DNA from: an uncultured Pseudomonadota bacterium
GTDB taxonomy: Bacteria; SAR324; NAC60-12
Length of the DNA stretch: 61,192 bases
Reading direction: 5' to 3'
Assembly: GCA_913020725.1 (NCBI GenBank)
Contig: CAJWCD010000004.1
Span: 1-61,192, forward strand
Positions 18,640 through 28,920 of this stretch are shown one piece after another. The notes under the pieces are model-generated. The model saw only the letters and a program-made list of their open reading frames with translations, made no database searches and was not told where the DNA came from. Position 1 is the stretch's first letter. The number at the start of each line of letters is the position of its first letter. A program made the translations under genes and the position numbers.

Positions 18640-19563
18640 ATGGCGAAAAAAGGCAAGAGCAAGAAAGCCGGAATGGTGCGCCGCCAACAGCAGAAGCAGC
18701 ACAAGAAGGCATTGCAGCGTCACAAAACCATAGCCCGCCCCGGACGCAGCGGTTCCTCACAGCAGCTCAAGCAACTCCTGCACGCCCTGCCGCGTCTTGC
18801 CTTCGCCCCGGAACTGGACGACCTCCGCATGGACACTCAGCGGCTGGAGGCCCTCCAGCAAGAGAACCTGCCGGAACCGATTCAGGTGATGCGACTGTTG
18901 ACCCCGGAATTCCTTGATAAGTTGGACCAATACTTGGCGCAGATGGAGGAAGGTTCCGGGCCACAATCTTCCAAGAACATGCTCGCCAAGGCCACTCGGC
19001 ACCAGCTTGAGAACAGCGAGCAGATTCCACATCTTTCCAATCCACTGCTCATTGCGCTCTACCTGCGCACACAAGCTGCATTGCAAGGTTCCACACTGGA
19101 GGCGGATGAAATCTACCCCGCGATGCGAGACTTCGAGTCCCGCAACAGCGAGTTCATTGAGCAGATGACCGCAGACCCGGACCTGCTCAAAAACACCATG
19201 CTGACTCCGGAAGGAGAAGAGGCTTCCACTGCGCAAAGCGAAGGCTTCTTCCAGAGCTTGAGTGGGCAACCGGAGACGGACGTCCGGCGCATTCGAGAGG
19301 ATGTGGAGTTGTTCCTTGAGGATTTTGACGCACCCGCGCCCACAGAGTGGACGTCCGCCACCATCAGTGAGTTTGTCGCGTGGTTCATGGCAGAGGCCAA
19401 TCCCGTGCAGGATGACCTCCAGAGCATTCAGTCTTCGCTGAGTATTTATCTTGGATTCCTCGCCTCCACCGGAGTTCTTGATACGGAGAACACCACCGCG
19501 CTTCAAGGAGAACTGGAGCGCAAAATCAAAGATGCCGAAGCGCAGTTCGCCATCGCCTCATGA
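18640..19563 (+). CDS. hypothetical protein with basic N-terminus
   Basis: Frame 18430..19563 trimmed to the ATG at 18640 (MAKKGKSKKAGMVRRQQQKQHKK...); the upstream part is AT-rich and TTG-initiated. Predicted helical, no recognised motif. Confidence 0.6.
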   Translation: MAKKGKSKKAGMVRRQQQKQHKKALQRHKTIARPGRSGSSQQLKQLLHALPRLAFAPELDDLRMDTQRLEALQQENLPEPIQVMRLLTPEFLDKLDQYLAQMEEGSGPQSSKNMLAKATRHQLENSEQIPHLSNPLLIALYLRTQAALQGSTLEADEIYPAMRDFESRNSEFIEQMTADPDLLKNTMLTPEGEEASTAQSEGFFQSLSGQPETDVRRIREDVELFLEDFDAPAPTEWTSATISEFVAWFMAEANPVQDDLQSIQSSLSIYLGFLASTGVLDTENTTALQGELERKIKDAEAQFAIAS

Positions 19564-19577
19564 CCTTAGGAGTTCCC

Positions 19578-20840
19578 ATGACCAAGCTTCTCATGTGCCC
19601 AACCCCTTCCGGACTTTTGCGTTCTGCCGTTTGCATGGTTGTTTTGAGCCTCACGGTTTTGCTGATTGGTTGCAGCCAGTCCGGTCCCCGCAAGGCTTCC
19701 GGAAAACTGGACACTCCGGGACATCACGTTCTGCGGGGCATGGACGCCGTCGAGCAAGGCCGCTGGAATGCGGCGGCACAGGAATTCGAGTTAGCGCTGG
19801 AACTGAACGCGGAGCATAGCCCAGCCCTTGCGGGAAAGGCGTTGGTGCAGGCGCATCGTTCCAACGAAGATGGCCGCACCTCCGAAAAACAGGCCGAACT
19901 CAAGGAGCAGGCACGAGACAATCTGGAAGCAGCACTCTCGGCAGCAGAATCGTCCCGGGATCGCTTTGCAGTGCGGGTCACCGCCATTCGTGTTGAGACC
20001 ACACTCAAGAACAACGAGGATTGGCTGGAGGAAGCTCAGGACCACGCCGCCATTGCCGCTGAGATTCTGGAGAGCCATCCGAATCTGCAATCTCAGCGTT
20101 CCGAACCATTGTTTTTTCTGGGGATTGCCTACCGGGAGGGTTTGGAATTCAACCCCGCTGCTGACCAATTCCGCAAAGTGCTGGACCTGAACCTCACCCG
20201 TGTTCGTGAGGCCGACAAAGCTTTGGAACAACTCAATCGTGTGACCCGCGCACGTCCGGGCACCCGGCATGGCCGTACCGTTGCGCTCGCGCAGCAAATC
20301 ACCCGCGCCGACTTTGCAGCGTTGCTCATCGAGGAGTTCCAGCTTGCCGAGCTTTACGCACGCGGGATCAAAAATAATGTATCCGGATACACCTCGCCCA
20401 CCAAAAACTTTGCATCGGGCACCAAGGAACAAATTCTTGCCGCCGACATCGCCAACCATCCCCTCAAGGCAGACATTGAGGATGTGCTGCAACTGGGGGT
20501 GCGGGGCTTGGAAGCCAATCCACAGAAATTATTCTTTCCAGATCGTCCGGTGACGCGGGCGGAGTATGCCCTGATGCTGGAGGACATTCTCATCAAAGTC
20601 ATGCAGGATCAGACCTTGGCCACACGGTTCATTGGCGAAAAATCCCCGTGGTCGGATGTCCGTGCTGATGCCTATTACTACAACGCCGCACGAACGCTCA
20701 CCTCTCGAAACATCCTCTCGGTCCGCAATCGGATTCGGGGCGAGTTTGGTCCGGAAGATTCGATCTCCGGAGCCGATGCCCTGCTGAGTTTGCGGATGCT
20801 CAAAGACGAACTGAAGGGCTATGTCCGGACAAGTGGCTGA
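19578..20840 (+). CDS. lipoprotein with TPR-like N-region and SLH-like C-terminal repeats
   Basis: AGGAG RBS. Signal peptide with lipobox LLIGC. TPR-like GRWNAAAQEFELALELNAEHSPAL. SLH-like segments ITRADFAALLIEEF..., FFPDRPVTRAEYALMLEDIL and ISGADALLSLRML. Confidence 0.75.
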   Translation: MTKLLMCPTPSGLLRSAVCMVVLSLTVLLIGCSQSGPRKASGKLDTPGHHVLRGMDAVEQGRWNAAAQEFELALELNAEHSPALAGKALVQAHRSNEDGRTSEKQAELKEQARDNLEAALSAAESSRDRFAVRVTAIRVETTLKNNEDWLEEAQDHAAIAAEILESHPNLQSQRSEPLFFLGIAYREGLEFNPAADQFRKVLDLNLTRVREADKALEQLNRVTRARPGTRHGRTVALAQQITRADFAALLIEEFQLAELYARGIKNNVSGYTSPTKNFASGTKEQILAADIANHPLKADIEDVLQLGVRGLEANPQKLFFPDRPVTRAEYALMLEDILIKVMQDQTLATRFIGEKSPWSDVRADAYYYNAARTLTSRNILSVRNRIRGEFGPEDSISGADALLSLRMLKDELKGYVRTSG

Positions 20841-22323
20841 CCCTGTTCAGGTTCTCATTGTTGACGATGAGGTTAGCATCCGCTGGGTGCTGAGACAGGC
20901 GTTGCGAGAGGCCGGATATACCGTGCATGAGGCAGAAAGCGCTGAAGCTGCGCGGTCGCTCTTGGGCAGGCACTCCCTCCAGGTGGCCTTGGTGGACATC
21001 AACCTGCCCGGAGAGGATGGTCTATCGTTCACAAAATCGTTACTGAAAATGATTCCTGATCTCGCCGTGCTGGTCATGACCGGGCAGGATTCAATGTTTC
21101 ACACCATTGAGGCGATGAAGGCGGGCGCGTATGACTACATCACCAAGCCCTTCGACTTGGAGGCCGTCGAACAACTCGTTGCGAAGGCTGCTCAAGATCA
21201 GCGCCGCCAGCCTGCTTCTGCAAAACGGAAGCAAGCTCGTTCCGGAAAATCGGATTTGCTGGTGGGTTCCAGTTCATCAATGCGGGAGCTGTACAAGGCG
21301 ATTGGCCGCGTAGCCGACACGGACTTGACCGTGCTGATTCAGGGGGAAAGCGGAACCGGGAAGGAATTGGTCGCTCGTTCCATCCACCAGCATTCTGGAC
21401 GTGCCGCCCGTTCGTTTGTCGCCATCAACTGCGCAGCGATTCCTTCCGAACTCTTGGAATCCGAACTGTTCGGACATGAAAAAGGGTCGTTCACGGGTGC
21501 CGTGGAGCGTAAACACGGGAAGCTGGAAATCGCCTCTGGAGGAACGCTCTTCCTCGATGAGATTGGCGACATGCCCCTTGTTCTGCAAAGCAAGCTACTG
21601 CGCGTGTTGCAGGAGCAGCAATTTGAGCGCGTCGGCGGGCACCAGTTGGTCTCCACGGACTTGCGGGTGATCGCCGCGACCCACCGGAACTTGGAGCAAC
21701 GGATCAAGGATGGGCAGTTCCGGATGGACCTCTACTATCGGCTCAACGTCTTTCCCGTGAAAATCGCGCCGCTACGCGAACGACCGGAGGACATTCCGGA
21801 GTTGATCGAACATATCCTGCAACGGGGGTGCCGCGAGTTGGCCGTCAGCCGCAAGGAAATGGCTGCGGAAACGATGACGGCGCTCCAGCGCTATCCGTGG
21901 CCGGGAAATGTCCGAGAACTGGAGAACACGGTCAAGAGCCTCATGATCACCAACTTTGCGAGCGTGATCCCTTTGGAAAGCCTACCCCAGAGTTTTGTGG
22001 CCCCCGTGCCATCCCAGCCCGTGCAGGAATCGCTGGAGGATTTGGTACTGAGCCAACTGCGTCCGGTGGTCAAACAGTATGTGCAGCAGGAGGGACAGGA
22101 GTTGATGGACTTGGTGATGCCGCAGGTGGAACGTCCGTTACTGCATTTGCTGCTCGAGGAAACCCGCTGGAACCAACAACGCGCCGCACGCATCCTCGGC
22201 ATCAACCGCAACACCCTGCGGAAACGCATCGAAAACCTTGGACTCAAGCGGCAGCAAACCTACCAACCTCCTTCCGGAGTCGCTGAATCGGCGCCAGAGG
22301 CCTTGGCCGCAGCCACGCAGTGA
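20821..22323 (+). CDS. sigma54-dependent response regulator (NtrC family: REC + AAA+ + Fis HTH)
   Basis: VLIVDDE...VDINLPGEDG (REC Asp), GESGTGKELVARSIH (Walker A), GSFTGA (GAFTGA-type loop), LFLDEIG (Walker B) and C-terminal QQRAARILGINRNTLRKRI. Confidence 0.93.
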   Translation: MSGQVADPVQVLIVDDEVSIRWVLRQALREAGYTVHEAESAEAARSLLGRHSLQVALVDINLPGEDGLSFTKSLLKMIPDLAVLVMTGQDSMFHTIEAMKAGAYDYITKPFDLEAVEQLVAKAAQDQRRQPASAKRKQARSGKSDLLVGSSSSMRELYKAIGRVADTDLTVLIQGESGTGKELVARSIHQHSGRAARSFVAINCAAIPSELLESELFGHEKGSFTGAVERKHGKLEIASGGTLFLDEIGDMPLVLQSKLLRVLQEQQFERVGGHQLVSTDLRVIAATHRNLEQRIKDGQFRMDLYYRLNVFPVKIAPLRERPEDIPELIEHILQRGCRELAVSRKEMAAETMTALQRYPWPGNVRELENTVKSLMITNFASVIPLESLPQSFVAPVPSQPVQESLEDLVLSQLRPVVKQYVQQEGQELMDLVMPQVERPLLHLLLEETRWNQQRAARILGINRNTLRKRIENLGLKRQQTYQPPSGVAESAPEALAAATQ

Positions 22324-22652
22324 GTGAAATTTTCTCTCAGATCGAGGCCGTGATTCAGGCGCGACAACAAAGTGCGAATCCGGACAGTTCCTATGTCGCC
22401 GCGCTGCTCAATGCAGGAACCGACCACATCCTGAAGAAAATCGGCGAGGAGGCCACCGAGGTGGTGATCGCCGCGAAGGGCGAGGCTCCAGAGCCATGTG
22501 TTCATGAAATCGCCGACCTCTGGTTTCACCTGATGGTGCTGATGGCCCACAAGGAGATTGCGCTCACAACCGTTGAAACCGAACTGGAGCGTCGTTTTGG
22601 TACCTCCGGATTGGAAGAAAAAACCGCTCGACCAAAAAATAAACCGGTGTGA
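22320..22652 (+). CDS. hisE: phosphoribosyl-ATP pyrophosphatase
   Basis: SYVAALLNAGTDHILKKIGEEATEVVIAAK...EIADLWFHLMVLM is typical HisE (MazG-like). GTGA overlap with the preceding stop. Confidence 0.9.
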   Translation: MSEIFSQIEAVIQARQQSANPDSSYVAALLNAGTDHILKKIGEEATEVVIAAKGEAPEPCVHEIADLWFHLMVLMAHKEIALTTVETELERRFGTSGLEEKTARPKNKPV

Positions 22653-22691
22653 TCCACGCCATAACGTGACTGACAACAAACCCCGTAAATT

Positions 22692-23741
22692 ATGCCCAAC
22701 ACGACGAAAGCAACCACCACTTTAAAAGCATCGGAACTGACCGCCCCGCTCGCCACCTTGTTTACTCCAGCGAAAATTCTTGGCATTTCATCCCCAAACC
22801 GGATCATGGCCTCGCCAACGAAGGTAGAGAACCAGGCCGACACTGATGGCACGGTGACTCCGGCGCTCATCCGCCACTACACCACGCTAGCCCGTCAGGG
22901 CATCGGAACGATTCTCGTGGAATCTGCCTATGTGGCTCGTCAGGGGCGTATGCACCGGACCCAGCTTGGCATCTCCGAGGAGCAGCATTTGGAGGGTTTA
23001 CAGCAGCTTGTCAAGCGCGTCAGGCAGGAAGGTGCTGCCATCGGCATCCGACTTTCCCATGCGGGAGCGAAGACTTCTGCGGAGTTGAGTGGCGAGTATC
23101 CCGTGGCACCTTCGGAGATCAACTTTGGGCGCGACTTCGACATCAGCCGGGAGTTTGACGAAGGCGACTGTGAGGAGATCATCCTGCATTTCATCCATGC
23201 GGCGGAACGTGCGGAAGAGGTGGGCATGGACTTTGTGGAAATCAACGGTGGCGATCAACTGCTGCTCGACCAATGCCTCTCTGTCAAATTCAATAACCGT
23301 GAAGATGGATATGGCCCGGACAGCATCCCCAACCGGATGCGGCTTGCGACGGAGATTGTGCAAGGCATCCGCAACCGTGAGAGCGTCCACATTCCCATTG
23401 CGTATTACTTCTCGGTCATGGACAAGGTCGAGGACGGTTTCACCCCCAAGGACCTTGCCGCAATCATCAGAGTGCTTGAGAAGAGTGGCGTGAACATCCT
23501 CCATCCGATTACCGTCCACGCGCTCAACCACTGCTTTGAGCGCAAAAAAACGCTGATTGAATGGACGGCCCGCACCTTCAAGGGTCTACAGATCATGGAC
23601 GGCAGCATCAAATCCCCACAACTGCTGCAAGAGGCAGAGGAACTCAAAATCGCTGATTGGTATGTCATGGATCGGAGTCTCCTTGCAAGACCGCAGTGGT
23701 TCGCTTTCCTGAAACGAAAACTGATAACCGAGCAGAGCTGA
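22692..23741 (+). CDS. NADH:flavin oxidoreductase (Old Yellow Enzyme family)
   Basis: NRIMASPT...ALIRHYTTLARQGIGTILVESAYV...IGIRLSHAGAKT pattern of OYE-like TIM barrels. Confidence 0.8.
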   Translation: MPNTTKATTTLKASELTAPLATLFTPAKILGISSPNRIMASPTKVENQADTDGTVTPALIRHYTTLARQGIGTILVESAYVARQGRMHRTQLGISEEQHLEGLQQLVKRVRQEGAAIGIRLSHAGAKTSAELSGEYPVAPSEINFGRDFDISREFDEGDCEEIILHFIHAAERAEEVGMDFVEINGGDQLLLDQCLSVKFNNREDGYGPDSIPNRMRLATEIVQGIRNRESVHIPIAYYFSVMDKVEDGFTPKDLAAIIRVLEKSGVNILHPITVHALNHCFERKKTLIEWTARTFKGLQIMDGSIKSPQLLQEAEELKIADWYVMDRSLLARPQWFAFLKRKLITEQS

Positions 23742-23742
23742 C

Positions 23743-25065
23743 ATGAGCGAAAGGACACCAACGCGAGTTGCCATCGCCGGACTGGGAACGGTTGGCAGTG
23801 GGGTTGCCAAGGTGCTGGAGCAGCACCAGAAAGAAGCCTCCGCGGCCTCTACCTCTCAACCAAGGCTGGTCCGGATTCTGGAGCGCAACCCCAATGCTCC
23901 TCATGCGCAGCCGTGGTACGCTGCAAAGCCGGAACTCTTCAGTGCTGACCTGAACGACCTGCTCCGGGATGATGTGGACGTGATCGTTGAAACCATCGGA
24001 GGGTGCGACTTTGCCCGGACATTGATCACCGAAGCCCTCAAAGCCGGCAAGCACGTTGTAACCGCCAACAAGGATTTGATCGCCCAACACGGCCCGGAAC
24101 TGACCGCGCTGGCTCACGAACAGGGGCGGCATCTGCTATTTGAAGCTGCGGTGGCCGGAGCGATTCCGGTGCTACGCCTCCTGAAGGATTACTTTCAGGT
24201 TCAGGACCTGCTGGAATTGAAGGGCATCCTCAACGGCACCACCAACTACATCCTGAGCGAGATGGAGTCTCAGCAACTCGCTTTCGCCACGGCACTGAGC
24301 CAAGCCCAAGAACTAGGATTTGCCGAGCAAGACCCGACCAACGACATCAAGGGCTTTGATGCCCGCTACAAACTGGTGATCCTCACACACCTAATCACAG
24401 GACAGTGGCTGGACCCGGAAGACATCACGCTGGAGGGGATTGACCACCTCGACACTGCTGATTTTGAATACGCCAATCGGCTGGATCGGCGCATCAAACT
24501 GGTCGCCCTGCTGCAACGAACCGATGATGCGCTCCGTGCCTATGTGCTGCCGTTGATGATTCCGAAAGACGATTTGCTGGCCAAAATCAGCGGCTCCACC
24601 AATGTCGTCACTCTGCATGGGCGCTTCTCCGAGGACATCTCGTTGATCGGCAAAGGAGCCGGAAGCCTCCCAACGGCCTCGGCGATTGTCGCGGACCTCA
24701 ACCGAGTGCAGCACCCGCAGCATAACCGCCCCGTGGATTCCGGAGTGCCGGCACGGCCCTTGGAAGCTTTTGACCAGTACCGCTTCCAGCACACTTTGCG
24801 GTTTGAAGTCCGAGATGCTCCCGGAATCGTGGGGCACATCGGACAGGTGCTTGCGAGACACGGCATCAACATCTACGCACTCGAACAACTGCCCCACTAC
24901 CTGGATCATGAAAACAAGCAGGCCCTCTTCACGCTCACGCTGGAGCCTGCGCGGGAAGGCTTGGTGCAAAAGGCGCTCGCGGAGATTCAAGCCGCCGACT
25001 TCATGGTGGCTCCAGTGGTCATTCTCCGAGAGCCGATTCCGGAGCAAAAGGGTGCGTCCGCCTGA
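23743..25065 (+). CDS. hom: homoserine dehydrogenase (with C-terminal ACT domain)
   Basis: VAIAGLGTVGSGVAKVL Rossmann motif, GILNGTTNYIL, DIKGFDARYKLVIL, and an ACT-like C-terminus. Confidence 0.95.
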   Translation: MSERTPTRVAIAGLGTVGSGVAKVLEQHQKEASAASTSQPRLVRILERNPNAPHAQPWYAAKPELFSADLNDLLRDDVDVIVETIGGCDFARTLITEALKAGKHVVTANKDLIAQHGPELTALAHEQGRHLLFEAAVAGAIPVLRLLKDYFQVQDLLELKGILNGTTNYILSEMESQQLAFATALSQAQELGFAEQDPTNDIKGFDARYKLVILTHLITGQWLDPEDITLEGIDHLDTADFEYANRLDRRIKLVALLQRTDDALRAYVLPLMIPKDDLLAKISGSTNVVTLHGRFSEDISLIGKGAGSLPTASAIVADLNRVQHPQHNRPVDSGVPARPLEAFDQYRFQHTLRFEVRDAPGIVGHIGQVLARHGINIYALEQLPHYLDHENKQALFTLTLEPAREGLVQKALAEIQAADFMVAPVVILREPIPEQKGASA

Positions 25066-25067
25066 CA

Positions 25068-25916
25068 ATGCTGGAATTTCTCCGCAAACAGCGCCTGAGC
25101 CTTGTGGTCCTCATCACCCTGCTTGGCCTACTGCTAGTGGTGTTCCGGGATCAAAAATCGCCCAAGGACTCCATTCTCCAGCAGACGGTCCAAACCTTGG
25201 TGCATCCCGCACAAGCCCTCGCCCACTGGATTGTCACGGAGGTGGAGGGGGGGATTGATGACTACATCAACTTGGTGGACACGAAGGCGGAAAACCGGCG
25301 GCTCCAGCAGCGCATCGCGTCGCTGCAAGAGCAGCTCAACCAGTTTCGGGAGGAGTCGATCCAATACCGCAGGCTCAAGCACCAGCTCGCCTTTGCCAAG
25401 CAGAATCCGGATCGGAAAGTCTTTGCGGAAATCATTGGGGAATCCGCCGACAGCATTCACCAAACCCGAATCGTCAACCGGGGACAAAACGACGGTATTC
25501 ACCGCAATCTCGCCGTGATCCTGCAGGAAGGCGTGGTCGGGCACGTTCAGGCCGTTTCCCCCTTCCAATCGGTGGTGCAGCTAGTCACGGACCGCCGCAG
25601 TCGTGTCCCTGCGCTGATTCAACGCAACCGTGTTCGGGGATTGGCCTTTGGCACTCACTACGGCTTGGAACTCCGGCAAATCAACCGCCGGGCAAAAATC
25701 AAGGAGGGTGATCGGGTGATCACTAGCGGCTTGGGTCGGATGTACCCGAAAGGGGTGTTGTTGGGAACGGTTGTGGAGGTGAAGCACAAAAGCTACGAGT
25801 TGTTCAAAACCGCCGTACTGGAACCCGCCATCAACTTCGATCAGATTGAGGAGGTGTTCGTCATCATCCGGAGCCACACCCAACCTCAAGGCCCCCTGTT
25901 TTCGGACAAACCATGA
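25068..25916 (+). CDS. mreC: rod shape-determining protein MreC
   Basis: N-terminal TM, the coiled-coil ENRRLQQRIASLQEQL, and VVGHVQAVSPFQSVVQLVTD...VITSGLGRMYPKGVLLGTV. Confidence 0.9.
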   Translation: MLEFLRKQRLSLVVLITLLGLLLVVFRDQKSPKDSILQQTVQTLVHPAQALAHWIVTEVEGGIDDYINLVDTKAENRRLQQRIASLQEQLNQFREESIQYRRLKHQLAFAKQNPDRKVFAEIIGESADSIHQTRIVNRGQNDGIHRNLAVILQEGVVGHVQAVSPFQSVVQLVTDRRSRVPALIQRNRVRGLAFGTHYGLELRQINRRAKIKEGDRVITSGLGRMYPKGVLLGTVVEVKHKSYELFKTAVLEPAINFDQIEEVFVIIRSHTQPQGPLFSDKP

Positions 25917-26413
25917 TGCGGATGTTTCTGCTCTATTTCGGACTGGGGGTTGTGGTCCTCTGGTGGCACGTCACGTTGGGGCGGGCGTTTCTCACTCCGG
26001 ATCTGCGTCCGAACTGGGTTCTCCTTTACCTCCTGCCCCTCTTGCTTCACCGTCCAGAAAGCTGGGTGCTGTTTTACGGGGCCGCTTTGGGATTGGCACT
26101 TGACGGGCTTTCCCACCTGCACACCGGCGTGTACGCCTTCTCGTTTCTCGCCACTTTGGTTTTGGCCCGCACAACCACGAACTGGTTTTACTCGGGAAAC
26201 TCTCTTTTCCTTGGCATTGCCACAGCATTCTTCTCCCTCACCTCCGGATTGATTTCCCTGCTGCTGCTCAACTCGCTTGAATCCGAGTTGGGCTGGGGAG
26301 CGATCTTTTGGAGTATCACCCTCCCCACCTCCGTGTTGCATGGCTTGCTCGCTCCGGTGGTCGTCTGGGGGTTGGCTCGTCTGGAACATAGCCTTCTGGA
26401 GCCAGCATCGTGA
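25913..26413 (+). CDS. mreD: rod shape-determining protein MreD
   Basis: 166-aa polytopic membrane protein. ATGA overlap with mreC and GTGA overlap with mrdA, in the canonical position. Confidence 0.8.
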   Translation: MMRMFLLYFGLGVVVLWWHVTLGRAFLTPDLRPNWVLLYLLPLLLHRPESWVLFYGAALGLALDGLSHLHTGVYAFSFLATLVLARTTTNWFYSGNSLFLGIATAFFSLTSGLISLLLLNSLESELGWGAIFWSITLPTSVLHGLLAPVVVWGLARLEHSLLEPAS

Positions 26414-28305
26414 AAGTCGATTCCTTTCCCTTGGAAGAACTGGGACGGCTCCGGATTCGGATTCTAGTGATCGGAATCGCCGTTGTGCTCGTTTTCTCGC
26501 TGTTGGCCGCACGGTTGTGGTACTTACAGGTGATTCAAGGCTCGCAGTATGCGGATTATGCCCAAGGGAATCGCATCCGGATCGTGTCGGACCCCGGACT
26601 CCGAGGCGTGATCCACGACCGCAATGGGGTCGTACTCGCCGAGAACCGCCCGGCCTATCAGCTTCAACTCATCCGCGAAGACACTCCGGATTGGCGGGTG
26701 TCGGTCGCAACGGCGGCGGAAGCCCTGCATCTCTCCCACAACGAGTTGGTCCAGCGCGTCAAGCAGACCAAAGGACAGGTTCCGTTCCAGCCGATTGTGC
26801 TGGTGGATGATCTCGACTACCAGAAAGCCATGCTGGTGGAGACCTACCAAGAGGAATTCCGGGGCATCTCCATCGTGGTGAAGCCCCGGCGTTACTACCC
26901 GAACAAAGCCGTGCTTTCACACGCACTTGGCTATGTGGGCATCACCAGCGAAAAACTGGCGCACCTTCCCGCCAAAAGACGCTTCTCCAGTGAAATCGAA
27001 GGCAAAGCCGGAGTGGAACTGGTCCGCAACAAAATGCTGATCGGGACCGATGGTGGACGCCAAGTGGAGGTGGATCATCTTGGTCGGGAACTGAAGACCT
27101 TGAGCGAGTTGGTGCCCTCCATTCCCGGCAAGGATTTGCACCTCACCATTGATGCACGGCTGCAAAAAATCGCCTTTGAGGCCATGGGTGAGCAAACGGG
27201 CGCAGTCATTGCCATGAACCCCAAGACGGGTGAAATCCTTGCCTTGAGCAGTCTCCCCAGCTACGATCCTAATCTTTTTTCGGGCGGCATCGATCCCAAG
27301 GAATGGCAGGCATTGCTGAACAACCCTCAGCATCCTTTGGAGAACAAGGCTATCCAAGGACTCTATCCGTTGGGGTCAATTTTCAAACTGGTCACGGCCT
27401 ACGCCGGACTCGAGTTGGGGGCCATCTCTCCAGACACAACCCACACCTGCAACGGGAAATTTTACATCCCTGGTAGGTCAACCCCGTATCGCTGCTGGTT
27501 GGAAGAAGGCCACGGCACCCTGAGTGTGGTGGATGCCATCAAGCAATCCTGTAATGTGTTTTTCTACAATGTTGGCACGGACGTGGGTGTAGATGCCTTG
27601 CACGAATACGCCTCGTGGTTCGGCTTGGGCAAGCAGACGGGCTTCATTTTGCCCAACGAAAAAGCAGGGTTGATTCCCAGCACCGAATGGAAGAGGCGGA
27701 CCTTTGGGGAACCGTGGTACCTTGGGGAAACCCCAACCATTTCGATCGGGCAAGGTTATGTCAGCGTGACGCCACTGCAAGTTCTCAACATGGTCAACAT
27801 CGTTGCCAACAATGGGGTCTGGGCACCACCACGGCTGTTATTGGATGAGTCGATCCGTCCTTCCGTGGACCTCGGCCTCTCTCAGGAACTGCTGGGCATT
27901 CTCCGGCAAGGCATGGTTGCCGTGGTCAATGCCCCCGGAGGCACAGCCACTCGCGTCCGCTTTGCGGACTTCATCGTTGGAGGAAAAACCGCAACTTCTC
28001 AGGTGATCAGCCTTGAAACCCGTGACTCCCTCTCGGAAGAGGACCGCAAAAAGCGGGAGTTCCAAAACCATGCGTGGTTTGTGGCCTATGGCCCTGCGGA
28101 AGACCCGGAAATTTCCGTGCTTGTTTTGGTCGAACACGGTGGCGGCGGATCGCGGGTGGCCGCCCCGGTGGCACGGACCATCCTGCAATTTTACATCGAC
28201 ACCATCGCAACCCCTCGGCAAAACGCCCGGACAACTCCCAGTGGAGCGATGCCACCGACTTCGCTTGCATATCGTACCCGGCTGCAAACTGCCTTCCTGC
28301 CCTGA
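26410..28305 (+). CDS. mrdA: penicillin-binding protein 2 (elongasome transpeptidase)
   Basis: GSIFKLVTA (SxxK), KQSCNVFF (SxN) and GGKTATSQ (KTG-like). N-terminal TM plus the PBP dimerisation region. Confidence 0.93.
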   Translation: MKVDSFPLEELGRLRIRILVIGIAVVLVFSLLAARLWYLQVIQGSQYADYAQGNRIRIVSDPGLRGVIHDRNGVVLAENRPAYQLQLIREDTPDWRVSVATAAEALHLSHNELVQRVKQTKGQVPFQPIVLVDDLDYQKAMLVETYQEEFRGISIVVKPRRYYPNKAVLSHALGYVGITSEKLAHLPAKRRFSSEIEGKAGVELVRNKMLIGTDGGRQVEVDHLGRELKTLSELVPSIPGKDLHLTIDARLQKIAFEAMGEQTGAVIAMNPKTGEILALSSLPSYDPNLFSGGIDPKEWQALLNNPQHPLENKAIQGLYPLGSIFKLVTAYAGLELGAISPDTTHTCNGKFYIPGRSTPYRCWLEEGHGTLSVVDAIKQSCNVFFYNVGTDVGVDALHEYASWFGLGKQTGFILPNEKAGLIPSTEWKRRTFGEPWYLGETPTISIGQGYVSVTPLQVLNMVNIVANNGVWAPPRLLLDESIRPSVDLGLSQELLGILRQGMVAVVNAPGGTATRVRFADFIVGGKTATSQVISLETRDSLSEEDRKKREFQNHAWFVAYGPAEDPEISVLVLVEHGGGGSRVAAPVARTILQFYIDTIATPRQNARTTPSGAMPPTSLAYRTRLQTAFLP

Positions 28306-28316
28306 AGATTTTCGGA

Positions 28317-28913
28317 ATGCTCCAGCAAAACCGTTCCCTCTGCCTTGCGTCCTCGTCTCCACGGCGGCGGGAACTGCTCACTCGCTTCGGCTTGGATTTT
28401 CTGGTGCAGTCCCCGGACACCGACGAATCTGTGCGTAGCCACGAATCTCCAGAGGCGTTCGTGACAAGAATAGCACTGGAAAAAGCTCAGCAGGTCGCTC
28501 CGGACCATCCGGAGCGCATTACGCTTGCCGGAGACACAGTGGTGGTGCTTGATCAAAAAATTCTTGGGAAGCCGATGGATCGTGCGGACAGCGTCCGGAT
28601 GCTGGAGCAACTCAGCGGCAAGACCCATGAGGTGTTCACCGCCTATGCGCTGCTGGATGGCATCAGCGGCCCCTGTGTTCAGGAGTTGGTGCGGACGCGG
28701 GTGTCTTTTCGGAGCCTCACTTCCGAACTGATCCAGACGTATGTGCAAACCGGGGAAACCGACGACAAGGCCGGTGCCTACTCCATCCAAGGATTAGGCA
28801 CCATGCTTGTTGCTGCTATCGAAGGCTCCTACAGCAACGTTGTCGGCTTTCCTGTTGAGCGTATTCTCGACGAGATGATGCGCCGCGGCTGGCTCTCCTG
28901 CAAACCCTCGTAA
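28317..28913 (+). CDS. maf: Maf-like nucleoside triphosphate pyrophosphatase / septum formation protein
   Basis: Frame 28074.. trimmed to the ATG at 28317. LCLASSSPRRRELL, DTVVVLDQKILGKP and DKAGAYSIQG are Maf signatures. Confidence 0.9.
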   Translation: MLQQNRSLCLASSSPRRRELLTRFGLDFLVQSPDTDESVRSHESPEAFVTRIALEKAQQVAPDHPERITLAGDTVVVLDQKILGKPMDRADSVRMLEQLSGKTHEVFTAYALLDGISGPCVQELVRTRVSFRSLTSELIQTYVQTGETDDKAGAYSIQGLGTMLVAAIEGSYSNVVGFPVERILDEMMRRGWLSCKPS

Positions 28914-28920
28914 ACGTCTG

